DNA from: Hemiscyllium ocellatum | Lineage: Eukaryota | Reading direction: 5' to 3' | DNA: 64,000 nucleotides | Assembly: GCF_020745735.1 (NCBI RefSeq) | Contig: NC_083429.1 | Span: forward strand, 44,001,877 to 44,065,876 | Shown here: piece by piece, positions 13,874 to 27,049 of the stretch | Numbering within the stretch: position 1 is the first letter of the stretch | Layout: the number at the start of each line of letters is the position of its first letter | The notes under the pieces: model-generated | Told to the model about the DNA's origin: nothing | What the model saw: only the letters and a program-made list of their open reading frames with translations | Database searches by the model: none | Position numbers and translations under genes: made by a program

Positions 13874-13961
13874 GGACTGACACACCAACTGGCCCTCATT
13901 GGACTGCAGACAGTACAACTACACTAATATACATCCTGCTGCGTTTAACAGGAAAGTGAAG

Positions 13962-14168
13962 ATGGACATTGCAGTTCAGACTCCTTGGCTACGCCGTTCC
14001 CTTCTGCCGAATTTCCTCTTCCCCTCCCGTATCTATGACCAGCACTTTGGGGAAAACCTTGATCCTGATTTCTTCCCAAGCTCCTCATCTATGGTTAGCC
14101 CCTTCTACTGGCGAATGCCATCCTCTTTGTTCAGGCTGCCTAGCTGGGTACAATCTGGGCTATCAGAG
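13962..14168 (+). CDS. CRYAB: Alpha-B crystallin exon 1
   Basis: MDIAVQTPWLRR...PSRIYDQHFGE...SPFYWR...RLPSWVQSGLSE, then GTATGT donor. Confidence 0.97.
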
Positions 14169-14439
14169 GTATGTTCTGTGCACAGTATCTTTTTTAAAGA
14201 TGTGGCATTTTCCTGCAACTTGACTAAAAAATTTGCTTAATATAGAGCGTCACCTCTCGGATCAATCTTTGTGGATGTATTGTCTGTCTCATAATAATAA
14301 TGGATGTTCCCAATTGTTCTATATGTGTATATGTATTTTTATATATATATTATATATATAATAAACAGGAAGTAACAAGCACATAAATCTGTATGATAAA
14401 GTGGAAGATGAATAAACATGTATATCTATATGATAAAGA

Positions 14440-14720
14440 GGAAAGGGGAGATATAATTTCAAAATAAGGCAACAGCCATTTCAAACTGAGTGAGAAAGAA
14501 CTTTTTTTGCTATGAGGATTGTGAATCTTTGGAACTCTCTATCTGAGAAGGCTATGGACGTTTAGTTGTAGATGATATTCAGGACCAAGGTTGACGGAAT
14601 GAGGGGACATGATAGAAGGTGGTTAGGGGTGAAATGGGGCATTTAAGCAACATAAAGCTGAGCTTGAGGATCTTTGGAGGCTGATTGGACTGGTCCTGCG
14701 CCTATTTCTTAAGTTCTTAC
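14440..14720 (+). mobile_element. CR1 LINE 3' remnant
   Basis: gattgtgaatctttggaactct and cctgcgcctatttcttaagttctt tail. Confidence 0.6.
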
Positions 14721-16528
14721 ACTGAATTTCTATAATACATAAATATATAGCTAATTAACATACTTCATTAGTGCAATAAATGATAAATAATAACATTTTT
14801 TGACAAATTGTTAGTGTCATTGTTTTAAGGGGGGATAAGTCCTAAATTGGAACGTTAAGGCCTGTTCCCATTTGCAAATTGAATTACTGGGAATATTGGT
14901 TGTCTTGAGTCATTTCATGAGGACCAAAGACGTGGGCTAAATTTTCTGTATCTGAACACACTAATTCCCAAGGAAACCAGAATTAATAATAAGAAAAACT
15001 CTGAAACTTAAAATAATAAAAGGAAATGCTAGAAATTCATCAGATTCTCTGGTACCCAATAAGTCTTCTAAAGTAACATTTTCTCTGATATTAGAGGCTG
15101 TTGGCACTGTTGATTGGAACACTATCTGTGCACTTGCAGGACTAAGGTTTGCAGGATCTTGTGACTCAGAGGTATTATCTCTGCTCCAAGGCTCACGTCT
15201 TATCCATCTGGGAGATACATCATTGTACGTCAGAACAGGTTGATTAAAAATAATTTAGAATCTTGTGCCAGAGTGGTAGTTTCCCTGCCACTGGGTCAGA
15301 AGGTGTGGGTTTATGTCCCACTTGTCACACAGATGTGTCCTAACATGTCTGAATAAGTTAATAAAAATATAAATATTTATTAATGAAGGTTTGATGTCTG
15401 CTTTAGCTAATGGAATAAGAATCACTATTTGGTCAGCGAAGTCCACACTAACTACAAAGTGCCCCACTTCCTCCATCCTCCAAGTGGGGGATACAGATAT
15501 TAGCAGGACAAGTTAGCTCAAATTAAAGTCATTTTAAATAATAAATTGGTAATTGTTAAAGCTGTCAATATCCTGATGCTGACTGGCACATGCCAGTAAT
15601 TGAACTTTGGACAAGCCGAGATGCTTACTGAAATGAACATATGAAGTAGGAGTATGAGTAAGTTATTCAGTCCCTTCAATAAGATCCTGGCTGATCCAAT
15701 TACTCCACATCTCCACCTGTCCCCTATCACCTTTTATCTCCTTGCTTGTGATAACCTTAATCATACTGGACTTTTCCACAAAGGCTGTTGTCAATGCCAG
15801 AGGATAAATTTCAATGTTGCTTTAAGGTTAAATATTATATGTAGGGTGTGACTTTGATTCATGTTGGTTTTCTAGTTCATTTCCAAATGAAATAATTAAT
15901 ATTTGGTAACAATTGCAGTCTCACTCAAATAGGCTATAAGACTGCTTGTCTTTGAGCAGTATCAAAATTCCAAATTTGTGTTAAGTTGCATTACTAGAGT
16001 GGGGAAAATCAAGCCTTACTGGATATCATCAGATGCCAAAAATGGGAATACCGCAGCACCCCCAGCCTTTAAGTTATAATTTGAATTTAAGAAAGTTTTA
16101 AAGTATTTTAAACTTTGAGCCTTATATTATCTGAGTATATTCTCTACAATCCTAGTAATAATACTTCACCTTAGAAGGAGTTAACGTTTCCCAACAATGT
16201 CTGTCTTTGTGCAATTTAATCTGTCTTTTCATATGACTTTGTTTGTCCCTTGATCTGTGGGTTGAGTTTACAAGCCAGAATGTTGTTTATGAAAGGAATG
16301 TTCCAGTAGAATTCACTGAAAGCTGGCCAACAAACTTCCATGGAACAATTTACGGCTAATGGAAATCATGATATTGTGCCCTCAATTATCCTGATATCTA
16401 AATTAAATAATTTGATGCAATTGCAAAATAAACTTGAACTTCTCTGTACCATATTTCAGCCAGCTACTAGGAATTGTGTGGAAGAAACTTATCCTCTGAA
16501 AGTTTACTTCTTCTTTCTCTGTGCATGA

Positions 16529-16719
16529 TGGCAAGGTGCTGGTGTTCGATTGGAATGGACAAAGTCAGAAGTCACAGTAGCACCAGGTTATAGTCCAACA
16601 GGTTAATTTGAAATTATAAGTTTTCAGAGCACTTCATCTGATAAAGGAGCAGCGCTCTGAAAGCTTGTGATTTCAAATAAACCTGTAGAACAATAGCCTG
16701 GTGTCATGTGACTTCTGAC
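16529..16719. mobile_element. Mini PLE insertion, family C, inverted arms, degenerate hammerhead
   Basis: agtcagaagtcaca...tgtgacttctgact arms; imperfect 15-bp TSD tttc(t/c)ct(g/a)tgcatga. Confidence 0.8.
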
Positions 16720-18199
16720 TTTCCCTATGCATGACTTTGTTACTCTCTAGTAAGTCTGATCACTTCTTTTTCATCATCTACCTGGAATCACATTTGACAC
16801 CTCTGAAAATATTCTTGTGAATCTATGTCATAAAACAGCTCAGAATTAGGAAAGCTGGATCGCATCTTTCGTGCTTAGTACTAGAAATATTCTTTTCATA
16901 ACCTTCTGCTTGAGTCAACAAGTGTCACTTTAAATTTGCAGACAAGTGTTAGGTAATCACTACTTAACAAAGAAGGAGTCTAACTACCTTTCCTTACCAT
17001 TTGTTGACATGACTATCTGTGAAACTTCTACCATTGAAATTGATTAGTAACTCAACCTGGACTAAAATGCAGTAGTTTTTTGAGCCACCAGCAGTTCAGT
17101 TCCCAAATTCCTAAAGCCTTGCCATCATCTACTAGGCACACATTGAGCTTAGATACTCACTTCATGCCTGGATTATGCAGGTCAATGCTGTTTGCTCAGT
17201 TGGCACCCTATCCATCACATTAAACATCAACTTCCTCTACCAATGGTGTAGAAACTTGGTAAGCCTTCTCTAATGGCAAAAAAAAAAATTGGCTCGAATA
17301 TGTATAACTTGTTTTCACAGCACATAATTCCATTTTGTATAACCACAATTTTTTTTCCATTAGCCTATACAATGATTTTTATAAATACTCATTGCACTTT
17401 AATAAAATTGTAAATGTATTTTAAATTTCTCTTTGAAATTATCTGCATTTATACCCTGTGATCTTGTTGAGATTTCTCATTTCACTTTCGATAATCCATT
17501 GCTTCATTGTATTCATTTTTGGACTATGGGAATCATAAGCAAGGCCAGCATTTATTGAGCATTTCTAGATGCATTTGGGAAAAAGACAAATCTTCTTTCT
17601 TTACACTGCACTCTATGCACTTAATACACTTTCACAGTGCTATTAGATCAGGAATTCTTTCTAATAGTTGGAAGTCTTAGGATTAAATTGAATAAGCGTC
17701 CTCTAGATTTCATGTGCTGATGGTGGGAGGATTGAATGGTTACTTTAACATGTGGAGTATATCGTATAAGATACCCATCCCTAAACAGTACTTCACACGT
17801 TAAGAATGCATCTCAGGAATTCTGGCAGAGAAAGCAGTAACACCAGCTGATGTTCCTACAAACCCAAACATCTGTTACACATCTCCATTGTACTCTTCCA
17901 AGTTCTGCATTGGGAATATTAACTCAAATATAAAATTTGTAGGTTCAAAAGTCAATAGGCAAGATTATTTTACTTGATGGAGAGGTGTTTTACATTGCTG
18001 AAATGGAGAAGGAAACTATCATAATTCACACTGGGAAGTACATTTAAGAAAAAGGTAAAGTAAAAGATTGATTAGTTAGTGCAACTTGAAGGGACTAGTG
18101 TTTAGTTGCTTGTCATCTAATATAGCAGTAGAGGTTTTATTAAATATGGAATATTCACAAAAGATTATTCAGGTATTTTGATAATCTCAGCCCAAGTTT

Positions 18200-18330
18200 A
18201 AAACAAAAAAAACTGCAGATGCTGGAAATGAGAGACAAAAACAGAAATTGCTAGGAAAACCCAGCAGGTCTGGCAGCATCTGTGGAAAGAAAGCAGAGTT
18301 AATATTTCAGGTCCAGTGACCCTTCTCCAA
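18200..18330 (-). mobile_element. Old PLE family-B-related terminus
   Basis: ctgcagatgctggaaat...cagcaggtctggcagcatctgtgga. Confidence 0.65.
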
Positions 18331-18665
18331 AGTAGAACTTTGTGTTGTAATTACAACCTGTATTGTGTGATGGGCTATAAAGGACAATATATTTTTCATA
18401 TAATGCAAGCTTGCAGCCCTGATGGCTGAGACTCAAAGCTAATACATAATTGGCTAGAATTTTATTGTGACATTTTGGCTTATGAATGGTAATATATTGT
18501 ATTGATATCTTGAAAGAGATGCTCCTGTCATTCGCGTTGAGCTCCAGAAATTCATGATCCGAGTTCATTTTATCACCTTCCTAATACCAATGACAAGAAA
18601 ACAGCTTAGGAATTTGGCATTTATTCTTTTCTAAGTAGATGCGCTGTGCTCTGTCTCTCTTGCAG

Positions 18666-18788
18666 TTGAGACTGGACAAGGATAAATTTACTATTCACCT
18701 TGATGTTAAACATTTTACTCCTGAAGAAATCCGTGTGAAAGTTCTGGGTGACTTTGTTGAAATACAGGCTCAGCATGAAGAACGCCAG
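18666..18788 (+). CDS. CRYAB: Alpha-B crystallin exon 2
   Basis: ttgcAG acceptor; [41 protein letters not shown]; GT donor. Confidence 0.97.
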
Positions 18789-19671
18789 GTACATCTTACG
18801 TTTTTCTCTATTTTTGCTTCATTTTTGACTTGTCCTGTACTTGGACTCACTTGCTTCAGTGGTGGGAGAGCTCAATGGATTTTTGCTGGTCTGGTGTAAG
18901 TTGTAGGCACTGCATTTTGGCAGAGAAAGAGAGAGTTAAATTACATAGTGATTTCTTCACTGGCTGATGATTTGGTTGACAGCTGAAACTGCAGTAGTTA
19001 AATATCTAATTCCTCATCAGGATTTGAAACCAAGCCATAGTCAGATTTCAAAATCAATTGAAGAAAAGCATGTCAAATCAGATACCACAATTTTACACAA
19101 AAGCGAAGGATTTGCAATTTCTCGAAATACGACTTTATTAATGGAATGAATTTGACCAACTTAGTAACTTTGTTTACCACGGTATTAGTAGGTACTGCTC
19201 ACAGCAGTAGTGGTGCATAAAAATATTAACCGGATTTATTATCACTGGAGCAATGTCAGGTGACTTAGCAACAGTTTAACATCTCCTTATCCATTTGTGA
19301 AACATTCTCAAATTGCCTGACCATCATAAAAACCACTAAAGTATACCAGCATGAATGTTAAAAAAAAGCCTGAATTTGTTTTAGTTAAGTATAATATTTG
19401 TGATGAAGATAATTGGCTCCCTGTAACAAGTTAACAGATACTCCAATAGAGGCCAGTCTAAATTGAGGACTGGTATGTTACCCACTGAAACATAGCAATC
19501 GAGCACTCTTTTATGCTGAACTAAGCCATCACATGCCCTTGCTGTGCAAAATTAAATATAGAATCATTCCGGGAACTTAGTTACAAGACTGTAATGTGGC
19601 CAAGGACTATAGATAACACCAACAACCATGACAGTGAATTTTTTGTTAATATCTGACATTTCATGATTTAA

Positions 19672-19902
19672 CGACTGTCTGGAGTTTGCATATTCTCTCC
19701 GTGTTTGCGTGGGTTTCCTCTGGGTGCTCAGGTTTCCTCCCACAGTCCAAAGATGTGCAAGTCAGGTGAATTGGCCATGCTAAATTGCCCACAGTGTTAG
19801 GTGCATTAGTCAGAGGGGAAATGGGTCTGGGTGGGTTACTCTTCGGAGGGTCGGTGTGGACTGGTTGGGCCGAAGGGTCTGTTACCACACTGTAGGGAAT
19901 CT
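19672..19902 (+). mobile_element. HE1-type SINE, 5'-truncated
   Basis: Core and tail match the other HE1 copies. Confidence 0.85.
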
Positions 19903-20585
19903 AAAAAAATTGGCAAGTTATTTGACTGGTCTGAGCATCACAGATGAGTTTAATTCTCTCTTCACTTAATGTCCATTGTTGTAGGGGTCTTGTGGTGCAG
20001 TGGTAGTATCCATACTGCTGAGCCAGGAGACCCAGGTTCAAGTCTCGTCTGTTGCAGAGGTATGGAGCATCTTGGAACACATTGATCAAAAAAACATTTT
20101 TATAATATGGCTATTGTTGTACACCTAACAGGGCACACTGGATACAGTCATAGAATCATAGAATTCTTACAGTGTGGGTGCAGAGGCCTGGAGCAGGAAC
20201 TCTGCCAGTGTTTCCATCCCTGCCCAAAGGATGTTGGAGATAATTGTGGTGGTGTTATTAGTGGGATTAACTAAGCTACAATAATTATTGAATCAATGAT
20301 TTACTGGCCTGTGGAGACTTGCATTTATATAGCACCATTCATATAGGATTTCCCAAAGTACTTTATGGCCGACAAATTACTCTTGAAATGTATTATCATT
20401 CTTATATTGATAAAAGTTGGTGAACCACTGTTATAATGATTTTTATAAATAATTGTTTTGGGGGATAAAATGTTTGGTGTACTTTGCAATCTTAACATTC
20501 AAGCAGGTGCCATTTAAACTGAATCTCTTACAGTGGAATGTGATATTTATGCAGTATTGGAGGGGTATTCTGTAATGTTTCAAGA

Positions 20586-20772
20586 TTCTGGATTAGTGGT
20601 GCTGGAAGAGCACAGCAGTTCAGGCAGCATCCAAAGTGCAGCGAAATCGACGTTTGGCTTTTGCCCGAAACGTCAATTTCGCTGCACTTTGGATGCTGCC
20701 TGAACTGCCGTGCACTTCCAGCACCACTAATCCAGAATCTGGTTTCCAGCATCTGCAGTCATTGTTTTTACC
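20586..20772. mobile_element. Mini PLE insertion (family B variant) forming a ~70-bp hairpin
   Basis: Near-perfect inverted arms; 17-bp TSD tctgtaatgtttcaaga at 20569 and 20773. Confidence 0.9.
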
Positions 20773-21320
20773 TCTGTAATGTTTCAAGAGTCAGTTTCTC
20801 TTTCCTGCACCCAGTTACTTTCCAGTTTATGTTCTTTTGCATTGGATTTATATAACTTTGAGTACTTTGAAATTCTTGAGTACTTGCAAAAGATATTTAT
20901 CCAGTTGAAAAAGTATCACTCTGAACTGTAAGCTCACAATTCTGATATATAAATTCCATACTTAAAACTTAACATGGCTGTAAACATTATTCCACTGAAA
21001 GTTAATAAAATATGAATTTATAGACAATTAAATTCTGTGGTATATACCTGCACTCCCACTAAGGAGTTTAAAGAGTTTCACTTAAAAGGAGCAAAATAGC
21101 ATTTACCTTGCATTTCTAAGGATTGTCAAAGTTCCAGAACTGTACCACTGATGAATGAGAAAGCTAATTTGTATATTGGGTTGTGTGGTATATTGTCTTA
21201 TAGTTTATTTGACTGGGTATGCATTAGTCAAAAATAAAATGGAATCAGGTTTTTTCTTGTAAAATCCATAGAAAAGTTGACTGAACACAGCTTTTAATGG
21301 TCAAATCTTTTATTCCGTAG

Positions 21321-21524
21321 GATGAACATGGCTATGTTTCTCGAGAATTTCATCGAAAGTACAAGATTCCAACAGGAGTTGATCCAACACTGATCACCAG
21401 CTCCCTGTCAGTGGATGGAGTACTTACAATTTGTGGTCCCAGGAAGTTGGCTGATGTTCCTGAGCGATCTGTGCCCATCACCCGAGAGGAAAAGCCTGCA
21501 GTTGCTGGACCTCAGCAAAAGTAG
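21321..21524 (+). CDS. CRYAB: Alpha-B crystallin exon 3 (absent from the ORF track)
   Basis: ccgtAG acceptor; [22 protein letters not shown]...[21 protein letters not shown]; total 177 aa. Confidence 0.97.
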   Translation, partial: DEHGYVSREFHRKYKIPTGVDPTLITSSLSVDGVLTICGPRKLADVPERSVPITREEKPAVAGPQQK

Positions 21525-21644
21525 ATCATTTCTGTTCCGTTCAATGTGAAATGATTTCAAGCCATTGAAGTATTGCCTTTCGCTTTAAATGTAATGTTTT
21601 GTCTTGCTAAATAATCACACATTCCTTAAAATCTGTTAGCCTGC

Positions 21645-21692
21645 AATAAACATTTATCTTCACTGCCTTAGTGAAATTTCCACTTAAATAAA
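21645..21692 (+). terminator. CRYAB polyadenylation signals
   Basis: AATAAA at 21645 and 21687, followed by a GT/T-rich tract. Confidence 0.7.
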
Positions 21693-22249
21693 GTCAATCA
21701 GATGAAGAATCCATTGCATAGTTTGTGTTTCTTTACTTTGGTCTTTGGCTTTACTGGCTTGCAAAATGCTAAGCAATTAATTGCAAAACAAAATAACATA
21801 AAACTAACTGCATTTATATACATTGTTCATTAAACAGAGCTAAGAATTTTTTCATCCTTTGAGATAATTTCTCAATATCCCTGTGTAAATCAGTTATTAA
21901 TATTCCACTAATGAATAATGCACACCTCTTTATGAATGAACTGCATGCATAGATTTAGTACAAGATATAACCATTAATAGAAATACAGACTCTTCTATTT
22001 TAGTTTACTTCAGAAGCTGACCACTGTGCATATTATAGCTGGATGTGTAATGTTCTATTCTGTCATTTGAAATTTCCTAAAAAAGTTCAGAAGACAAGGT
22101 CTATTTGTCTGAAAAGTGAGGCAATGTTCTGAGCAACTGTTAATGAAATGGAGGATATGTACTTTAATCTCATTGTAATGATCACCTAAGATGTTTGAAT
22201 GTTGACATGGAGACCATTGGAAATGCTGAACAGTACTGGGGTATAGTCA

Positions 22250-22460
22250 GAGATGGGGATTGGTTAGCTCAGCTGGCTGGCAGCATGATGCCAACAGTGT
22301 GGGTTCAATTCCCACTTTGAGTGAGATTACCATGAAGGATCTCCTTTTCAACCTCCCCCCTGACCTGAGGCAGGGTGAGCCTTCGGTTAAATCATCACCA
22401 GTCTTTTCTCTCACGTGTGAGCAACTCTGTGATCTGGTTGAGCTATGGTGACTTTTACAG
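22250..22460 (+). mobile_element. tRNA-derived SINE (related copy at about 53205-53385)
   Basis: ggttagctcagctggctgg A box and gggttcaattccc B box; body shared with the second copy. Confidence 0.6.
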
Positions 22461-23631
22461 TCAGAGACGGGAAATGAAAATTACTTGCTGAAGTTAGAAA
22501 AGCTAACAGTGTTTAAAAATGCTTTCATAAATTCGAAAGTACAAGAGCTTCAGCCTTTTTAACTAACTTTCTCCCTTTTTAGATAACAACCATTTATGGT
22601 ATATCAGATTTCCAGCATTCTCCTTCAGTTATTTGAAGAGAAATTACTATATTGTTTGATAGAAGACAGCTTAAATTTTACGGTTGTAGGTATGAAATCC
22701 CATTAATGTAAACGTCTGGATCTCTCTCTCGCCAGTCACAGAATGGTTGTGAACCTGTTCATTGTTTTAAATCAACTGCACTCCTACCTAAAGAGGGATG
22801 TATAATCAAAATGCAATATTGAACTAAAACTTAAAAACTAAAATATAATGTTAAAAAACATTTTAAGACAGTCATTCTATAGTTTGCTACACTTATCCAA
22901 TCATAGCCGCAACAAAAATACAGAAATCACTGTTTAGAGTTTATAGGTTTGACATTGGCAGAACAATGTACCTTTTAAAAACAAGCCTTCAGATACCCTC
23001 ACTGTAAAAATATACACATTCTTAAAACAATCACATTAACTTACATCTTCGAGCTATAAAAAAGAGATATTTATTCAAGTGCAAAAACAAGTACAATTTT
23101 CTTGCGTGCTGTGTAAAATTCTCAACAAAAATCAAACAAATTGTCAGCTTTTAACTTCAAAACATTAGTTTTAAAAAGTCTTCCAATAACTGGAATGACC
23201 AAATACTCAAGCAGATAGTAATGGTAAAATATGTGTGTTTAATGTAGTTTTTAACAAGAGCTTGTGAATCCCTTTATAATATTCCTATGTCTCTTTATAA
23301 TATTCCTGTGAGAACAATGGCAGTGGAAATCCAAACATCTTTGATTTTATGAAGCAACTTAGATATTTAATTTACTGTTTTGGATCATGGGTTTAATAGT
23401 CTTCCACATCATTTTGATATAGTTTTTTTTTGTTTCTGACAACTGGTCATGGGCTAAGGCACAGATTGGTCATACCTTATACAAATCTCATAACAGAAGA
23501 ACAACAGGTATATCATTCCTTATTTATTAATGAGCCATTTCCATTCACTCTGAAAGGAAAACAAAGAGTCGTTTTAAAATTCTCTTGTAGTTTTTCTCAT
23601 TTTGGTTCTTCACTGAATGTTCATCACTGAT

Positions 23632-24074
23632 TCAGGGAGTGGAGGATGAACAACATGCAGCCAAGCCTGGTCCTGAAGAAGCTAAGAGTGTAGGCTTGCA
23701 TGGCTCACAAAACCTAGCCGTGCACAGTCCTAATGGCATTTTTGTAGGAAGGTGATATCCACAAAACCCTGGAACATCTGGCTGCTGGTTTTGCTGTGCC
23801 TCCAAGGCTGTGGGAGTGGTGGGATTTAAAGGGATGTAAGTACCACATAACTGATTCTTCTCTGCTGCCTCATCAGTGCCTGATGGAGCCGGGGGTCCAC
23901 AATATTGTAATTGCTCATTCGCCACCTTGTTCAAATCCGGAGGGCAGGGAGGGTACATGAGGAGTGCAGGATCCACGTAGTCTATCATGGAGGTGGTTTT
24001 TGGAAATTGCTTGCTATGAGGAGGGTCCAATTCTGGTTGGTGTGTCGGGTAAATATGTGGCTCTGTTTCAAACG
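23632..24074 (-). CDS. CFAP68: CFAP68/C11orf1 last coding exon with extended C-terminus
   Basis: ctccAG acceptor; (P)FETEPHIYPTHQPELDPP...KTTSMIDY resembles C11orf1 FKREPHWFPGHQPELDPP...KSTYMNSY; syntenic position. Confidence 0.85.
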
Positions 24075-24504
24075 CTGGAGGAAAGAATCATTTCAAACAC
24101 AGTGACGTTTAATGTTTCTTTTCATTAAACTGGATTTCATCATATTTTTTTCAGCAATGTATATCATAATCACTGTGCAACCACATATATACCACCGGAT
24201 GTAAGGCTTACAATACCTTGTACACACCATTAAAGTGCTGTAATAATTCTATTATACTATTATTATTAACATGGTGATATGGTCAGTTAGCTCATTACCC
24301 CCTGTCATCCTCACTCTCATCCAGACAAGCTGTAAGAACCTCCAATCGATGGACAATTACAACAGTTGAAGTTTCTGCCTTTCTGCCATCTTGATCCCCT
24401 GACCTGCGACACTCAGTCATATCTTCCTGTGCTTAAACATGGACCAGATCAGATGATCCAGCTGTAAGAAGGGTAACTGTCTTCTGGTGCAAAGAGTCCA
24501 GGTA

Positions 24505-24810
24505 ACTTTCCAGGGAGCTAGAACGAGGAGACATAGCCTCAAAATAAGGGGGAGCAGATTTAGGATTGAGTTGAGGAGGAACTTCTTCACCCAAAGGATT
24601 GTGTATCTATGGAATTCACTGCCTAGTGAAGCAGTTGAGGCTACCTTGTTGAATGTTCTTAAAGCACTGTATAGGAATTAGGGGTTACAGTGAGTGGGTG
24701 GGTGAGTGGCGCAGAGTCCACAGAAAGGTCAGCTGTGATTTTATTGAATGGCGGAGGAGGGGCAATGGGCCAGGGGGCCTCCTCTTGCTCCTATTTCTTA
24801 TGTTCTTACG
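24505..24810 (+). mobile_element. CR1 LINE 3' fragment
   Basis: RTRRHSLKIRG...RRNFFTQRIVYLWNSLP. Confidence 0.8.
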
Positions 24811-25972
24811 TTTCCCCATCCCTGAAGTGGAATAAAGTGCAGTTGAGCGTCTGGTTCATAAAGTCTGAATCAAAGCTTCTTGAACTTCAAACACACACTA
24901 CAGAATGTGGATCAAACCAGAAACCAGGAACTCCCACATGCTGTAAATGGGATGCATCACTTGCCCAGCCATCCTTAATGGGTTTTAAGGAACTAATGAA
25001 TTGTTGTATTCACATTATATTTTTATACATTTTATTAAGCTGCGCACCAGTTGCTCTACTCTTTTGGTCCTTAGGAATGAGATAAACTTTAACCACTTAC
25101 CAGATACTCACTGGTTAACCAGCTTCTTCCTCTGTAGAACTGCAATAATCAGTTCCTGGAGGCTGAAAATGTGTAGGTAAAAGCAACAGAATACCTGTTT
25201 CGCTTCCTCTGCTTGACTCCCTAAAGAGCTTAATTCTAGCACTTTATTCCAAATTTGCATTCAAGTGTTAGGTCACACTTGGTTGTTCAGTTTTAGATGA
25301 TCCTAACTCAATCTAACTCACTTAAAGAGAATCCCGTTTCAGCTGGCTGTCAATTAAACTGCTCTTTCACTGAAAACCCATCTACAGAACTGAACTGTGG
25401 ATTCAGTTTAATGCCAAGTGCAAAATACAAATTCAATTAGGTATTACAGAAATAAAACAATAACTTTCCTACCTAATTGCAAAGGCTTAGTCCTAGCAAA
25501 AGTTTAATGAGTGGCAAAGCGAGTTCAATACATGAGGCATTCTAATCACACCCATCCTCTCTAAGTTCCACTAATTTCTTTTAACCCACTATGTCAAGCA
25601 TCTTCACATCCTTGTTTTCCAATTGTTTTCCGGCACATCCTGAACCTACTTTGGTTCTGGTTTCCTTTCGTTAAATTCCTGCACACACCATCCTCTCTTC
25701 TGATTCCCCTCGTCTTTTGCAGCTTTCCTTCCATCTCCAGTCATTATTCACAAATTCCATGCCCTTCTGTTCCAAAGCACTCTACAATTGTATATAAGTT
25801 GATGTTACTTATTAGATAAAATTTATATCCAAGAGTTTGGAAACATCGGCATTGTAAATTCAAAATACAACGGCCTTTCAATTAGCACCCATAAAACTGA
25901 TCTCTTCAATCAAGATATAAAGTATTTTGTTGATCAATTGTTATTTTTGCCTTATAAACCTTTATTACTTAC

Positions 25973-26036
25973 GTTCACGTCGTTTCTCTTCCTTGTTATA
26001 TGAATCCCCATATATGGTACGATAGAAATGTTCATA
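25973..26036 (-). CDS. CFAP68: CFAP68/C11orf1 middle coding exon (64 nt)
   Basis: ttgcAG...GTAAGT; YEHFYRTIYGDSYNKEEKRRE resembles FGHYFETTYDTSYN; phases fit both neighbours. Confidence 0.85.
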
Positions 26037-26569
26037 CTGCAAGTAAAAGAAACTAAGTATATAAAAATTTCTGCCTTTATCTAATATCGTCTACTTCTGT
26101 GAAAGCGTCATTTTTGTGCAATCAAAATATAATTATCTGCTCTGTTAGACTATGTACTCAGAAATAACACAGTTAAGTAAGAATTTAGTGATAAAAGCTT
26201 ATTAAGTGATATGAACTGAGCAATTTTTAATTGGGAGGACCAGGGTGCTTTCCAGTAAATGAGTTGAAATTAAGTCTCCTGCTTTAGTTAAAAAGCATTG
26301 TCGCTACATTTTTAACATGGGTCTGGATATTCTGACCATTGGCAAATAATCATGTTACCCTTAACTTAGAAGACAAGTGCCCATAACGATCTAGCAATTT
26401 CTGTGGCATGGACTTGTTCTTTCCCCTGACATATTATATCCAGAAAATCTCTCAGCAAGTAGCAGCAGTAAAAGCAATTGTGTGTAGTCAATCACGTGGA
26501 AGTGTTCTCACAGACAACAAAGTAGAAAGTTAAAAGTGTTTTATCCTTTACTTTGAATTAAAACATTTT

Positions 26570-26900
26570 CATAGAGTCATACAGCATGGAAATAGACCCT
26601 TCGCTCTAATCAGTCCATGCTGAACATAATCTAAAATTAAACTAGTCTCTCCTGCCTGCTCCTGGCCCATATCCCTGTAAACCTTTCCTATTCATGTACT
26701 TATTCAAATGTCTTTTAAACATTGTAATTGTACCTACATCCACCAATTCCTCAGGAAATTGATTCCACGTGCAAACCACCCTCAGGTGTAAAAAAATTGC
26801 CCCTTATGTCTTTTTTCATTTCTTTCCTCTCACCCTAACAATGTGCCCCCTGTGTATCCTCGGGAAAAGACAACTGCCATTAAATTTATCTATTCCCCTC
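26570..26900 (-). mobile_element. CR1/HER1-like LINE 3' fragment
   Basis: catagagtcatacagcatggaaatagaccc tail shared with 33555-33775 and 39260-39608. Confidence 0.75.
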
Positions 26901-27049
26901 AAAGTGAATGATTATATTTGGATCAAGGTAGAAGTTGAAAAAAGGCAAACAAATGTTAGTATAAAAATATGCTGCTTTTTAAACGTCATAATTTAAAAAT
27001 ATGACATTCCATTAACATAAAATTGGCTTGTTAAAATTTATTTTTCCAA

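Noticed and set aside
25101-25162. Exon-like segment on the minus strand in a CFAP68 intron (ttttcAG ... GTGAGT/GTAAGT)
   Set aside because: Introduces a stop in the required phase; could be a poison exon but is unsupported without RNA data
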